NCBI GenBank assembly: GCA_964639935.1 | Contig: CAZXGT010000001.1 | Location: forward strand, 6,635 to 70,634 | Source: an uncultured Phycisphaeraceae bacterium | Lineage (GTDB): Bacteria; Planctomycetota; Phycisphaerae; Phycisphaerales; UBA1924 | Direction of reading: 5' to 3' | DNA: 64,000 nucleotides | Shown: piece by piece, positions 47,905 to 57,974 of the stretch | Numbering within the stretch: position 1 is the first letter of the stretch | Layout: each line of letters starts with the position of its first letter | Notes under the pieces: model-generated | Database searches by the model: none | What the model saw: only the letters and a program-made list of their open reading frames with translations | Told to the model about the DNA's origin: nothing | Translations under genes and position numbers: made by a program

Positions 47905-48046
47905 GGGTGAGATCTCCCGTTCTCGCGTGGATGGACTCTTTTGAAGGCCGATTCGCCCAAGCCGGAATGGGGCGGCGGCGGTCTGTTTCTACCTATTAAA
48001 CGCACGATGGATGCGTTTTGATCGCTGAACCTTCCGAATGGATGCC

Positions 48047-48976
48047 TCACGGGGTCGGCGTCAGGCGGAAATACCAGACGAGGAAGGCGGTGACCGCGGC
48101 GAAGACGATCGCCCCGGCCTGGAACCCGCGATCGTGGACCGCGAGCTCGGTGGGGTCGTCGTAGCGGCCCTGCTCGATGACCACGACGACGCGGAGGAGG
48201 ACATAGGTGGCGGGCAGGACGGTCAGCCACAGGAGGTTGAAGCCGAAGACATACGCCTCCTGGGCCTGCACGTAGATGGTGTAGCCCATGAGCGTGGCGA
48301 CGCCGGTGACAACAACGGACATGCGGAGCAGGTCGTCGGTGTAGGCGGCCTGGACGCGTCTGGCGGCGCCCGCGCCGGCGCCGAGGGTGCGGCGCTCGCC
48401 CAGGCGCTTGCCGAAGGCGAGGAACATCGCGAGAAAGAGCGTGCAGTTGAGGAGCCAGACGGAGGGGACGACGGCGATCGCCACGCACCCGGCGAAGACC
48501 CGGAGCACGAAGCCGATGGAGAGGCTCATGACGTCGGCGATGACGTGGTGCTTGAGGAAGACCGAGTAGACCGCGACGTTCGAGGCGTAAAGGGCGAGGA
48601 TCACGGCGAGCCACCAGCGGGCGACCCGCTCGGGGATGAAGAGCACGGCGACGGCCGCAATGAGGATCAGCGCGGCGGCGAGGGCGATTCCCTCCGCGCG
48701 GCTGACGGCGCCCGAGGCGATGGGGCGGTGCTTCTTGCGCGGGTGGGCCCGGTCCGCTTCGGCGTCCATCATGTCGTTGAAGATGTACATGGCGCTCGAG
48801 ACGAGCGAGAAGGCAAGCGCGGCGAGCAAGGCCTTCCAGAGCGTCTCGGCGAGTTCGATGCCCTGATCGGCGACCGCGTAGAAGGGTCCGACCAGCACGA
48901 AGACGCTCTTGGCCCACTGGGTGGGCCTGATGAGCTTGACGAGCTGAACGGGCTTGGCGGCGGAGGGGTCGGGCAT
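48047..48976 (-). CDS. UbiA-family prenyltransferase, decaprenyl-phosphate phosphoribosyltransferase-like
   Basis: LVKLIRPTQWAKSVFVLVGPF, and NDMMDAEADRAHPRKKHRPIASG (NDxxDxxxD followed by a basic patch). About 8 TM segments. The internal Met MPDPSAAKP is chosen as start. Confidence 0.8.
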   Translation of the reverse strand: MPDPSAAKPVQLVKLIRPTQWAKSVFVLVGPFYAVADQGIELAETLWKALLAALAFSLVSSAMYIFNDMMDAEADRAHPRKKHRPIASGAVSRAEGIALAAALILIAAVAVLFIPERVARWWLAVILALYASNVAVYSVFLKHHVIADVMSLSIGFVLRVFAGCVAIAVVPSVWLLNCTLFLAMFLAFGKRLGERRTLGAGAGAARRVQAAYTDDLLRMSVVVTGVATLMGYTIYVQAQEAYVFGFNLLWLTVLPATYVLLRVVVVIEQGRYDDPTELAVHDRGFQAGAIVFAAVTAFLVWYFRLTPTP

Positions 48977-49091
48977 GGTCTTGGCGAGAGCGGCATCGGC
49001 TCTTTTCCCCCGCCAGCTGGACAGGGGAGGGCGGAAAGGGGCGATTCGCCGCTCATCCGGCGGGCCCGCAGCGCCGAGTATGCTATCGCGC

Positions 49092-50450
49092 ATGTCCGCC
49101 GATGAACCGAACCCGCGTCGCCCTCATCCGCTCGCGGCGGCGATGATCGCGGTTCCGGGGCTCATCGTGCTGGCGGTGTCGCTCGTGATTATCGCCAGCG
49201 GGCGGGGCGGCCCGAGCGAGGCGAGCGATCAGGATCAGTACCACCTCGTGGTGATCGAGGGCATGGTCGAGCAGTGGCCGGCGATCGACGTGGTGAACTA
49301 CCCGTCGGCGACCAGTCCCGGGTACCACGCGCTGATGGCGGCGGCGGCGCAGGCGGCGCCGAGCGGGAGCGAGCTTCTCGCGATGCGTGTGGCGACGGCG
49401 GTGATCGGTGCGGCGCTGCCCGTGATGCTGGCGCTCTCGCTTCGGGCTCGGGTCGGGGCGGGCGCCGCGGCGATGCTCTCGCTCCCGCTCGCCCTGAGCG
49501 TGTACGTGCTCGGCGGGGCGGCGTTCCTGACAACCGATAATCTCGCGCTCGGCCTGCTCGTGGCGATCTTGTGGCTCTCGATTCGGCCCATGACCCTCGG
49601 AAGGGGCGTCGGCGCGGGGCTTCTCGCGGCGGGGCTCGTGGCGGTGCGCCAGATTCACGTCTGGTCGATTGCGCCGGTCGCGGTGGCCGGGGCGCTGGCC
49701 AGCCCGCTGGCTCGTGCGGCGCCGAGGTGGGCGAGGCGGGATCGCCGAGCGTGGACGCCGCTTGGAGGCGCGGCGATCGGCGTCGCGTGCGCCGTGGCGA
49801 CGCTCGGCGCCTTCGTCTGGGTCTGGGGCGGCCTGACCCCGCCGAGCGATGCGGCGGCGAAGCACGCGGGCGATCCGAACCCGGCGACGCTCGCGATGGG
49901 CCTGGCGGTCTTCGCGATCGCGGCGGTCCCGCTCGGGTGGGCGGCGGTCCCGGAGATCCGGCGATTGGCGTCGGCGCCGGCGATCGTCGCCGGGGGGGTG
50001 ATCGGGCTGCTCGCGGGGACGCTCGTCGAGACGAGCTTCGAGCTCCGGGCGCGGGCGTACGGGTGGATCTGGGTGCTCGTCCGGGAGACCCCGGTGGCGG
50101 GCGAACGGTCGATCCTTCTGGCGGGCATGGCGACGCTCGGCGGGGCGGCGCTCGGGGCGATCGCGAGCGCCGCGGCGCGCTCGGGTCGCGGCGCGGAGAC
50201 GCTCACGCTGCTTGTCGGCGTCGTCGCGTGGCTCTCGGCGCAGTCGATGAACTCGATGGCGTGGCAGCGGTATTTCGAGCCGCTGGCGATCGTGTTCTCG
50301 GCGCTGCTCGTGGCGCTGGTGCTGAGCGCGCGGCGGGAGCGGTGGCGCTGGTGGTGGCTCGGTCCGGCGGCGCTGGCGGCGTTGCAGCTCGCGGTCAGCG
50401 CGGCGACGCTGCTGCGCGAGGTGCTGGAGGCGCCGGCGGTTCGGTTCTGA
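49092..50450 (+). CDS. Polytopic membrane protein, possibly a GT-C-type glycosyltransferase
   Basis: About 11-12 hydrophobic segments, with a first periplasmic loop reading DQDQYHLVVIEG...YPSATSPGYHAL. It is divergent from the UbiA-family gene. Function is inferred from architecture and context only. Confidence 0.5.
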   Translation: MSADEPNPRRPHPLAAAMIAVPGLIVLAVSLVIIASGRGGPSEASDQDQYHLVVIEGMVEQWPAIDVVNYPSATSPGYHALMAAAAQAAPSGSELLAMRVATAVIGAALPVMLALSLRARVGAGAAAMLSLPLALSVYVLGGAAFLTTDNLALGLLVAILWLSIRPMTLGRGVGAGLLAAGLVAVRQIHVWSIAPVAVAGALASPLARAAPRWARRDRRAWTPLGGAAIGVACAVATLGAFVWVWGGLTPPSDAAAKHAGDPNPATLAMGLAVFAIAAVPLGWAAVPEIRRLASAPAIVAGGVIGLLAGTLVETSFELRARAYGWIWVLVRETPVAGERSILLAGMATLGGAALGAIASAAARSGRGAETLTLLVGVVAWLSAQSMNSMAWQRYFEPLAIVFSALLVALVLSARRERWRWWWLGPAALAALQLAVSAATLLREVLEAPAVRF

Positions 50451-50465
50451 ACGGGCGGAGCGGGC

Positions 50466-51848
50466 TTAGCCGATGGAGGACTCGGACCGCGAGGCGCCGA
50501 CGGGGATGTGCCCCGGGCGAGCCGTGGCGCGTCCGACCGAGTGGTAGATGAACCCCTCGCGGGCCATCTGCTCGAGGCGGTAGAGGTTGCGTCCGTCGAA
50601 GACGACGGGCGCCTTGAGGCCGTCCTTGACCTTCTGGAAGTCGGGGGACTTGAACTCGTCCCAGTCGGTGCTGATGACCAGGGCGTCGGCGCCCTCGAGC
50701 GCCTCGACCATGGTGTCGCAGACGGTGACGCCGCTGCTTTCCCTGCGGCAGTTGTCGCCCGCGACGGGGTCGTAGGCTCGGACGGCGGCGCCGGCGTCGA
50801 TCGCCCGCTGCATGAGCGTCAGCGACGGGGCCTCGCGAATGTCGTCGGTGTTGGGCTTGAAAGCGATGCCCCAGAAGGCGAGCGTCTTGCCGGCGAGCCC
50901 GCCGTTCTCGGCGAAGTGGCCCTCGATCTTGGCCCAGAACGTGTCGCGCTGATTCTGATTCACGCGGTGGACGCTCTTGAGAAGCTCGGTGGGGCGTCCG
51001 GCGCGATCGCCCATGGAGATGCAGGCCTTGACGTCCTTGGGGAAGCAGGAGCCGCCGTAGCCCAGCCCCGGGTAGAGGAACTGGTTGCCGATGCGCTTGT
51101 CGGAGCACATGCCCTCGCGGACGCGGTTGATGTTGGCGCCGTAGACGTCGCAGAGCCCGGCGATCTCGTTGACGAAGGAGATCTTGGTGGCGAGCATCGC
51201 GTTGGAGGCGTATTTGACCATCTCGGAGGAGAGGATGTCCATCAGGTAAATGGGGTTGCCCTGGCGGACGAAGGGCTCGTAGAGGTCGCGCATGATCTGG
51301 CCGGTTTCCTCATCCTCCACGCCGCAGACCACGCGGTCGGGCTTGTTGAAGTCGTTGAGGGCGGCGCCCTCCTTGAGGAACTCGGGGTTGTTGGCGATGC
51401 GGAAGGGGAGGTCGCCGACCTTCGCGCGGATGCGGTCCCGCACAGCGAGCGAGGTCCCGACGGGGACGGTGCTCTTGACGACGACGGTCTTCGACTTCGC
51501 GCCCGGGCCGAGCTCGAGGATGGCCTCGGCGATGTCGTCGGCGGCGCCGAAGACGTACTTCAGGTCGGCGTGCCCGTCGTCGTCCGAGGGCGTGCCGACG
51601 CAGATGAAGATGATGTCGGCGTCGCGATAGGCGGCCTTGGGATCGGTGGTGAACTTCAGGCGCCCGGCGGCGGTGTTGATCTCCATGAGCTCGGTGAGCC
51701 CGGGCTCGTAGATGGGGCATCCGCCGTCGTTGAGCGTCTTGATCTTCTCGGAGTCGAGATCGAGGCAGGTGACCTCGTTGCCGGTGTTCGAGAAGCACGC
51801 GCCCGTGACGAGCCCGACGTACCCGGAGCCAACCATCGTGAGCTTCAT
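50466..51848 (-). CDS. ugd: UDP-glucose 6-dehydrogenase
   Basis: MKLTMVGSGYVGLVTGACFS...FICVGTP...GGSCFPKDV (catalytic Cys). Confidence 0.92.
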   Translation of the reverse strand: MKLTMVGSGYVGLVTGACFSNTGNEVTCLDLDSEKIKTLNDGGCPIYEPGLTELMEINTAAGRLKFTTDPKAAYRDADIIFICVGTPSDDDGHADLKYVFGAADDIAEAILELGPGAKSKTVVVKSTVPVGTSLAVRDRIRAKVGDLPFRIANNPEFLKEGAALNDFNKPDRVVCGVEDEETGQIMRDLYEPFVRQGNPIYLMDILSSEMVKYASNAMLATKISFVNEIAGLCDVYGANINRVREGMCSDKRIGNQFLYPGLGYGGSCFPKDVKACISMGDRAGRPTELLKSVHRVNQNQRDTFWAKIEGHFAENGGLAGKTLAFWGIAFKPNTDDIREAPSLTLMQRAIDAGAAVRAYDPVAGDNCRRESSGVTVCDTMVEALEGADALVISTDWDEFKSPDFQKVKDGLKAPVVFDGRNLYRLEQMAREGFIYHSVGRATARPGHIPVGASRSESSIG

Positions 51849-51964
51849 GAGTCTGCTCTCCCCGCTGCTTGCGGTGTATTCGGACGATGTTCGCGTCCGA
51901 GCTCGCCCGGGCCGAAGCCCGCGTGAAAAAGTCGATATGGATCGTTCAGTATCGTCGCGGCGGC

Positions 51965-52939
<975 letters not shown>

Positions 52940-53187
52940 GGGGCTCGGTATTCTCCCTCTCCCAGCTGCGACATCGCCGCGGGTCCGGAGAATAACGCCC
53001 GCCGGGATCAACCGCTGGCATCCAATCAGCCGATGCGGGCGACGCCGCGAGAGGAGCACCGCCCACCCATGCCCCCCCATCCTCGCTTATTCACATCGGC
53101 TATCACAAAACCGGCACGACGTGGCTTCAGGCGTTCATCTTTGACAACGCGGACCTCGGCTTCACGAGCCCGTGGTCCCGCGGCGAG

Positions 53188-54003
53188 ATGATCGAGCGGA
53201 TTGCGCTGACCAAGCCGCTCTTCTATGACGCCGAAGCGACGCGGGCGTGGCTCACGGAGGGCATGGCGGAAGCCGGCGCCCGGGAGCTCATTCCGGTGCT
53301 TTCCGCGGAGCGCTTCAGCGGGAATCCGCACTCCGGCGGGTACGACAGCGAGCTGATCGCTCGGCGCTTTGCGGCCGCGACGCCGGAGGCGCGAGTCGTG
53401 GTCATCACGCGCGAGCAGCGGGCGATGATCGCCTCGTGCTATAAGCAGTACGTCCGCGTGGGCGGAGTCTGCTCGGCCCGCGGCTATCTCCGGCCTCCTC
53501 TGCTCGGGCGGCCGCGCGTGCCGCTCTTTGATGCCGACTTTTTTCAGTACGACCGCCTCATCGGCCTCTATCGCGGGCTCTTCGGCGCCGACGCCGTTCT
53601 CGCGCTGCCCTTCGAGCGGCTCAAGGAGGATCCGCAGTCGTTCGCCGAGCGGATCATCGCGTTCGCCGGGGCGCCGAAGCCCGGCCCGATCCCGCGGGAG
53701 AAGAAGAACGTGGCCCTCTCGGCGTTGGCGTGCTCGATCAAGCGGCAGTTCAATCGGTTTCTCGTGCGCGACGCGCTCAACCCGGGGGCGCCGGTGGGGA
53801 ATCCGCGCGTCGCCGGAGCGGTGCAGCGGGCGTTCGAGTCCGCCGACCGCCTGACGCCCGGGACGGTCCGGGCCCGGAGCGAGCGTCGCCTGCGCCGCCT
53901 TGTCGATGAGGTCGCCCGCGAGCGGTACGCCGAGAGCAATCGCCGGCTCTCGGAGATGATGGGTGAGGATCTCGGGGCGCTCGGGTACGACGTCGGGGTA
54001 TGA
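53188..54003 (+). CDS. Sulfotransferase; the annotated ATG removes the PAPS-binding loop, and the true 5' end appears frameshifted at a C7 tract
   Basis: In-frame upstream codons (53083..53187) read [23 protein letters not shown] but contain no ATG, GTG or TTG back to the stop at 52993. ATG 53069 is out of frame by one C (see finding). Confidence 0.72.
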   Translation: MIERIALTKPLFYDAEATRAWLTEGMAEAGARELIPVLSAERFSGNPHSGGYDSELIARRFAAATPEARVVVITREQRAMIASCYKQYVRVGGVCSARGYLRPPLLGRPRVPLFDADFFQYDRLIGLYRGLFGADAVLALPFERLKEDPQSFAERIIAFAGAPKPGPIPREKKNVALSALACSIKRQFNRFLVRDALNPGAPVGNPRVAGAVQRAFESADRLTPGTVRARSERRLRRLVDEVARERYAESNRRLSEMMGEDLGALGYDVGV

Positions 54004-54029
54004 AAAAAGCCGCTCCAGAGAGAGCGGCT
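54003..54029 (-). terminator. Rho-independent terminator of sat
   Basis: 8-bp stem AGCCGCTC / GAGCGGCT (54008..54015 and 54022..54029) with a 6-nt loop. T6 follows on the minus strand (A6 at 54003..54008 on plus), about 30 nt past the sat stop. Confidence 0.65.
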
Positions 54030-54058
54030 CATGACGTGTGCGAGTCAGGCGGCGAGCC

Positions 54059-55255
54059 TCAGCTGCCGACGGGCTGCTTGCTGGTGGCCCAGTCGATGAG
54101 GATGTCGGCGACCTCGGGGCGGGTGAACTCCGCCGGCGGGCGCTCGCCCTTGCTCAGGAGTTCGCGCACCTTGGTGCCGGAGAGGAAGACCTGGTCGCCC
54201 TCGAGCTTGGGGAAGGTCTTGCCCGAGACCATGCCCTGGGCCTTGTGGCTCCAGGCGGCGTGCTCGAACTTGAGCGGCTCGATCTGGAGGTTGTCCCGGT
54301 CAAGCTCGTCGAAGATGTTCTGGGCGTCGTAGGTGCCGTAGTAGTCGCCGACGCCGGCGTGGTCGCGGCCGACGATGAAGTGGGTCACGCCGTAGTTCTT
54401 GCGGATGAGGGCGTGGAGGACAGCCTCGCGGGGACCGGCGTAGCGCATCGCGGCCGGCATGACCGAGAGGACGGTGCGGTCGTCGACGAAGTAGCTGTCG
54501 ATGAGCGTCTCGTAGCACTTCATGCGAACGTCGGCGGGGATGTCGCCCTCCTTGGTCTCGCCGACGAGCGGGTGGATCAGGAGGCCGTCGCAGATCTCCT
54601 GAGCGACCTTGCAGAGGTACTCGTGGGCGCGGTGGATGGGGTTGCGCGTCTGGAACGCGGCGACGGTCTTCCATCCGCGCTTCTCGAACTCGGCGCGGGT
54701 CTCGGCGGGGGTCAGGCGGCGATCGAGGAAGGCCTCGGGGCCCTCGGGATCGACGCAGACGGTGAGAACCTCGACCGGTCCGGCGACGCAGACGTCGCCC
54801 TCGGCCCGGACCTGGGCGACGCCCGGGTGCGCGTCGTCCTCGGTGCGGAAGACGCTCGGGATCTCGAGGCTCTTGTCATGGTCGAAGACCTCCTCGACGG
54901 TCATGACGGCCTGGATCACCTTCTCGCCCGTGGAGGGCGCATTGGCGACGAGCGCGACGCGGTCGCCGACCTTCGGGGCGTCGGCCTTGTCCACGGCAAG
55001 GAGGATCGGGATGGGCCAGATGTCGCCCGAGGCGAGTTTCATGTTCTTGCAGACCGACTCGAAGTCGGCCTTGCCCATGAAGCCGGTGAGCGGAGAGAAG
55101 GCGCCGATGCCGATCATCTCGAGGTCGCAGGACTGCTTCTGGGAGAGCTCGATGACGGGCAGGCTCTCGGCTTGCTTGCGGAGGGCGTCGGCCTTCTCGC
55201 CGGTGACGACGCGGCTGACGAGCTCGCCGCCGTGGGGGGTGATCAGATCGGGCAT
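54059..55255 (-). CDS. sat: Sulfate adenylyltransferase (ATP sulfurylase), single-domain type
   Basis: [13 protein letters not shown]..., [14 protein letters not shown] and VGRDHAGVG are the canonical motifs. At 398 aa it has no fused APS-kinase domain. Confidence 0.92.
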   Translation of the reverse strand: MPDLITPHGGELVSRVVTGEKADALRKQAESLPVIELSQKQSCDLEMIGIGAFSPLTGFMGKADFESVCKNMKLASGDIWPIPILLAVDKADAPKVGDRVALVANAPSTGEKVIQAVMTVEEVFDHDKSLEIPSVFRTEDDAHPGVAQVRAEGDVCVAGPVEVLTVCVDPEGPEAFLDRRLTPAETRAEFEKRGWKTVAAFQTRNPIHRAHEYLCKVAQEICDGLLIHPLVGETKEGDIPADVRMKCYETLIDSYFVDDRTVLSVMPAAMRYAGPREAVLHALIRKNYGVTHFIVGRDHAGVGDYYGTYDAQNIFDELDRDNLQIEPLKFEHAAWSHKAQGMVSGKTFPKLEGDQVFLSGTKVRELLSKGERPPAEFTRPEVADILIDWATSKQPVGS

Positions 55256-55641
55256 GGGTCTCTCTCCGAGGGGTTGAGGCGTCGCGATGGCGGTCGGCGA
55301 CGGGTTGCGGGTGGTTGGTTCTCCGGCGGTCGCCGGGGGTTGTCGAGCGTAGCGAATCGGGGGTGGGGCGCGGGCGCGAGCGTGAAAAAATCCGTGGCGG
55401 GCGGGGGGAAGCGCCGATCGCGCGAACCTTGACTCAAGCTGAATCGTTCTGGGAGGACGGGCGGCGTGCGCCGCGGCGGCGTTTCAGTAGGATGCCCGGC
55501 CCGCTCCGGAGCCGGACGCCGGGCCGCGTGATCGAGTGGACCGGCGGGCGGAAGCGGCCGATGGTGGCTGATTCCGGGGCGGAGGGCGTCGCCGGCGCGG
55601 CGTCGTCCGAGAATCACCTCGAGCGGAAGGTTCAAGAAGCG

Positions 55642-56700
55642 ATGCGTGTTCTGGTCACGGGAAGCAGCGGGTTGATCGGCTCTGAAGCCGTCACGTTCTT
55701 TGACAACATGGGCTTCCCGGTGTGGGGCGTCGACAACAACATGCGGGCCGAGTTCTTCGGACCCAAGGGCGACACCACCTGGAACCGCCAGCGGCTCGAG
55801 AGCCAGAGCAAGAACTTCACGCACATCGAGCAGGACATCCGCGACCGCAAGGGCGTCGAGGAGGTGTTCCGGAAGGTCGACCCGGAGCTGATCATCCACG
55901 CCGCGGCCCAGCCGTCGCACGATCTGGCGGCGACCAAGCCCTTCGAGGACTTCGACGTCAACGCGACGGGCACGCTCAACCTTTTGGAGGCGTGCCGGCG
56001 CCAGACGCCCGAGGCCGTGTTCATCCACGTCTCGACGAACAAGGTCTACGGCGACGGCCCGAACTTCATCAAGATGAAGGAGCTCGAGACGCGCTGGGAC
56101 TACGACGACCCGGCGTTCGAGCACGGCATCCCGGAGAGCTTCTCGATCGACCAGACCAAGCACTCGCTCTTCGGCGCGAGCAAGACGGCCGGGGACGTGC
56201 TGGCTCAGGAGTACGGCAAGTACGACGGGATCGAGCTCAAGACGGGGATCTTCCGCGGCGGGTGCCTGACGGGCCCGCAGCACTCGGGCGTCGAGCTGCA
56301 CGGGTTCCTGAACTACCTCGTGCTGACGGCGCTTCGCGAGGGCCCGTACACGATCTTCGGCTACAAGGGCAAGCAGGTCCGCGACCAGATCCACTGCCAC
56401 GACGTGATCAACGCCTTCTGGCATTTCGCCCAGAACCCGAAGCCGGGCGAGGTCTACAACCTGGGCGGCGGCAGGGACAACGCCGCGAGCCTGCTCGAGT
56501 GCGTCTCGATGATCGAGGAGCGCACGGGGAAGAAGCCGGAGCTGACCTACTCCGACCAGAACCGGATCGGCGATCACATCTGCTACTACTCGGATCTGCG
56601 GAAGCTCAAGGAGCACTACCCGGACTGGGATCTGACGTACTCCCTGGATCAGATCGTCGACGAGATGATCGAGTGCATCGTCGATCAGCAGCGGGTGTGA
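55642..56700 (+). CDS. NAD-dependent epimerase/dehydratase (SDR family, CDP-paratose-2-epimerase-like)
   Basis: [17 protein letters not shown] (GxxGxxG), ...STNKVYGD..., YGASKTAGD (YxxxK). Confidence 0.85.
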   Translation: MRVLVTGSSGLIGSEAVTFFDNMGFPVWGVDNNMRAEFFGPKGDTTWNRQRLESQSKNFTHIEQDIRDRKGVEEVFRKVDPELIIHAAAQPSHDLAATKPFEDFDVNATGTLNLLEACRRQTPEAVFIHVSTNKVYGDGPNFIKMKELETRWDYDDPAFEHGIPESFSIDQTKHSLFGASKTAGDVLAQEYGKYDGIELKTGIFRGGCLTGPQHSGVELHGFLNYLVLTALREGPYTIFGYKGKQVRDQIHCHDVINAFWHFAQNPKPGEVYNLGGGRDNAASLLECVSMIEERTGKKPELTYSDQNRIGDHICYYSDLRKLKEHYPDWDLTYSLDQIVDEMIECIVDQQRV

Positions 56701-56720
56701 CGCGGTAAGGGCGGGCGCCG

Positions 56721-57974
56721 ATGCGGGTGACCATCATCAATCAGTTCTACGCGCCGGACATCAGCCCCACGGCGCATCTGGCGGCCTCGCTCGCCGAGGA
56801 TCGCGCCCGACGGGGCGACGACGTGCGGGTCGTGGCGTCGCTCGGCGGCTATGTCCCCACCAGCGCGCAGGCGAGGGCCGCCCGCGAGGGCAACCCCCGG
56901 ATCCACCGCCTGTGGACCCCGCGCTTCGGGAAGGCCACGATCCTCAAGCGCTGCCTCGATTACCTCTCCTTCTACGTTCTCTGCGCGTGGACGCTCGCCA
57001 CGATGCCCCGCCAGGACGTGATCATCAGCCTGACGACGCCGCCCTACGTCGCGTGGACGGCGTGGCTCCACCGCCTGTTTCACCCGAGCGCGAAGATCGT
57101 CCTTTGGAACATGGACTGCTACCCCGACGCCGCCGAGCGACTGGGCGTGATGAAGCGCGGCGGCGTCATGAGCCGGTCGATGCGCTGGCTCAATCGCCGC
57201 CTCTTCGCCCGGCTCGACCACCTCGTCACGCTCGACACCGCCATGACCGACCTGCTCGTGAGCCAGTACGTGGAGAAGCCCGAGAAGCTGCCCGTGACCG
57301 TCATCCCCAACTGGGAGAAGGCGGAGATGTTCCCGGCCGGGGCCGACCCGGGCGAGTGGGCGCCGGCCTCGGAGTACGGTCTCAAGGATCGTTTCACCGT
57401 GGTCTACCTCGGCAACACGGGCTACGGGCACGAGTTCGACACGGTGCTCGACGCGGCGAAAGAGCTCGAGAGCGAGCCGGTGACGTTCCTCTTCGTCGGT
57501 GGCGGGAAGCGCTGGGACGAGATCGCCCAGGGGGCCAAGGACCGCGGTCTGAGCAACGTCATCATGCACGGGTACGTGCCGAAGGAGGAGACGCCCGCGG
57601 TGATGGGCGCCGCGGATTGCGCGCTGATCACGCTGCGCGAGATCTCCCTCGGCGTGATGAGCCCGAGCAAGATGCACGCGAACCTCGCGGCGGGGCTGCC
57701 GATCCTTTACGTCGGGCCCGAGCGCAGCAACGTGGACGACGGGATCGAGCGATTTGGCGCCGGGGTCAGCCTCCGCGAGGGCGACGTCAGCGGCGTGGCG
57801 GGCTTCATCCGTGAGTCGATCGCGGACAGGGCAGCGCACGAGGAACGGCGAGAGAAGGCCCGGCGGGCGTTCGACGAGGCGTACAACGACGACGCGACGC
57901 TTCCGGCCTTCGATGGTGTGCTGGCGAGCCTTGCGAGCAAGCCGGCGGGCGCGACGCGGGAGGCCTCGGCGTGA
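56721..57974 (+). CDS. Glycosyltransferase family 4 (WcaI/WbuB-like)
   Basis: MRVTIINQFYAPDISPTAHLAASLAEDRARRGDDVRVV. The C-terminal half has the GT-B pattern (FVGGGKRWDE...MSPSKMHANLAAGLPILYVG). Confidence 0.85.
   Translation: MRVTIINQFYAPDISPTAHLAASLAEDRARRGDDVRVVASLGGYVPTSAQARAAREGNPRIHRLWTPRFGKATILKRCLDYLSFYVLCAWTLATMPRQDVIISLTTPPYVAWTAWLHRLFHPSAKIVLWNMDCYPDAAERLGVMKRGGVMSRSMRWLNRRLFARLDHLVTLDTAMTDLLVSQYVEKPEKLPVTVIPNWEKAEMFPAGADPGEWAPASEYGLKDRFTVVYLGNTGYGHEFDTVLDAAKELESEPVTFLFVGGGKRWDEIAQGAKDRGLSNVIMHGYVPKEETPAVMGAADCALITLREISLGVMSPSKMHANLAAGLPILYVGPERSNVDDGIERFGAGVSLREGDVSGVAGFIRESIADRAAHEERREKARRAFDEAYNDDATLPAFDGVLASLASKPAGATREASA

Noticed and set aside
44911-47910. 999-aa ORF on the plus strand
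   Set aside because: It is exactly antisense to the well-supported 962-aa zinc metalloprotease gene. Its composition is dominated by G/A/V/D/E/L with no recognisable motifs. This is a typical shadow ORF of high-GC DNA.
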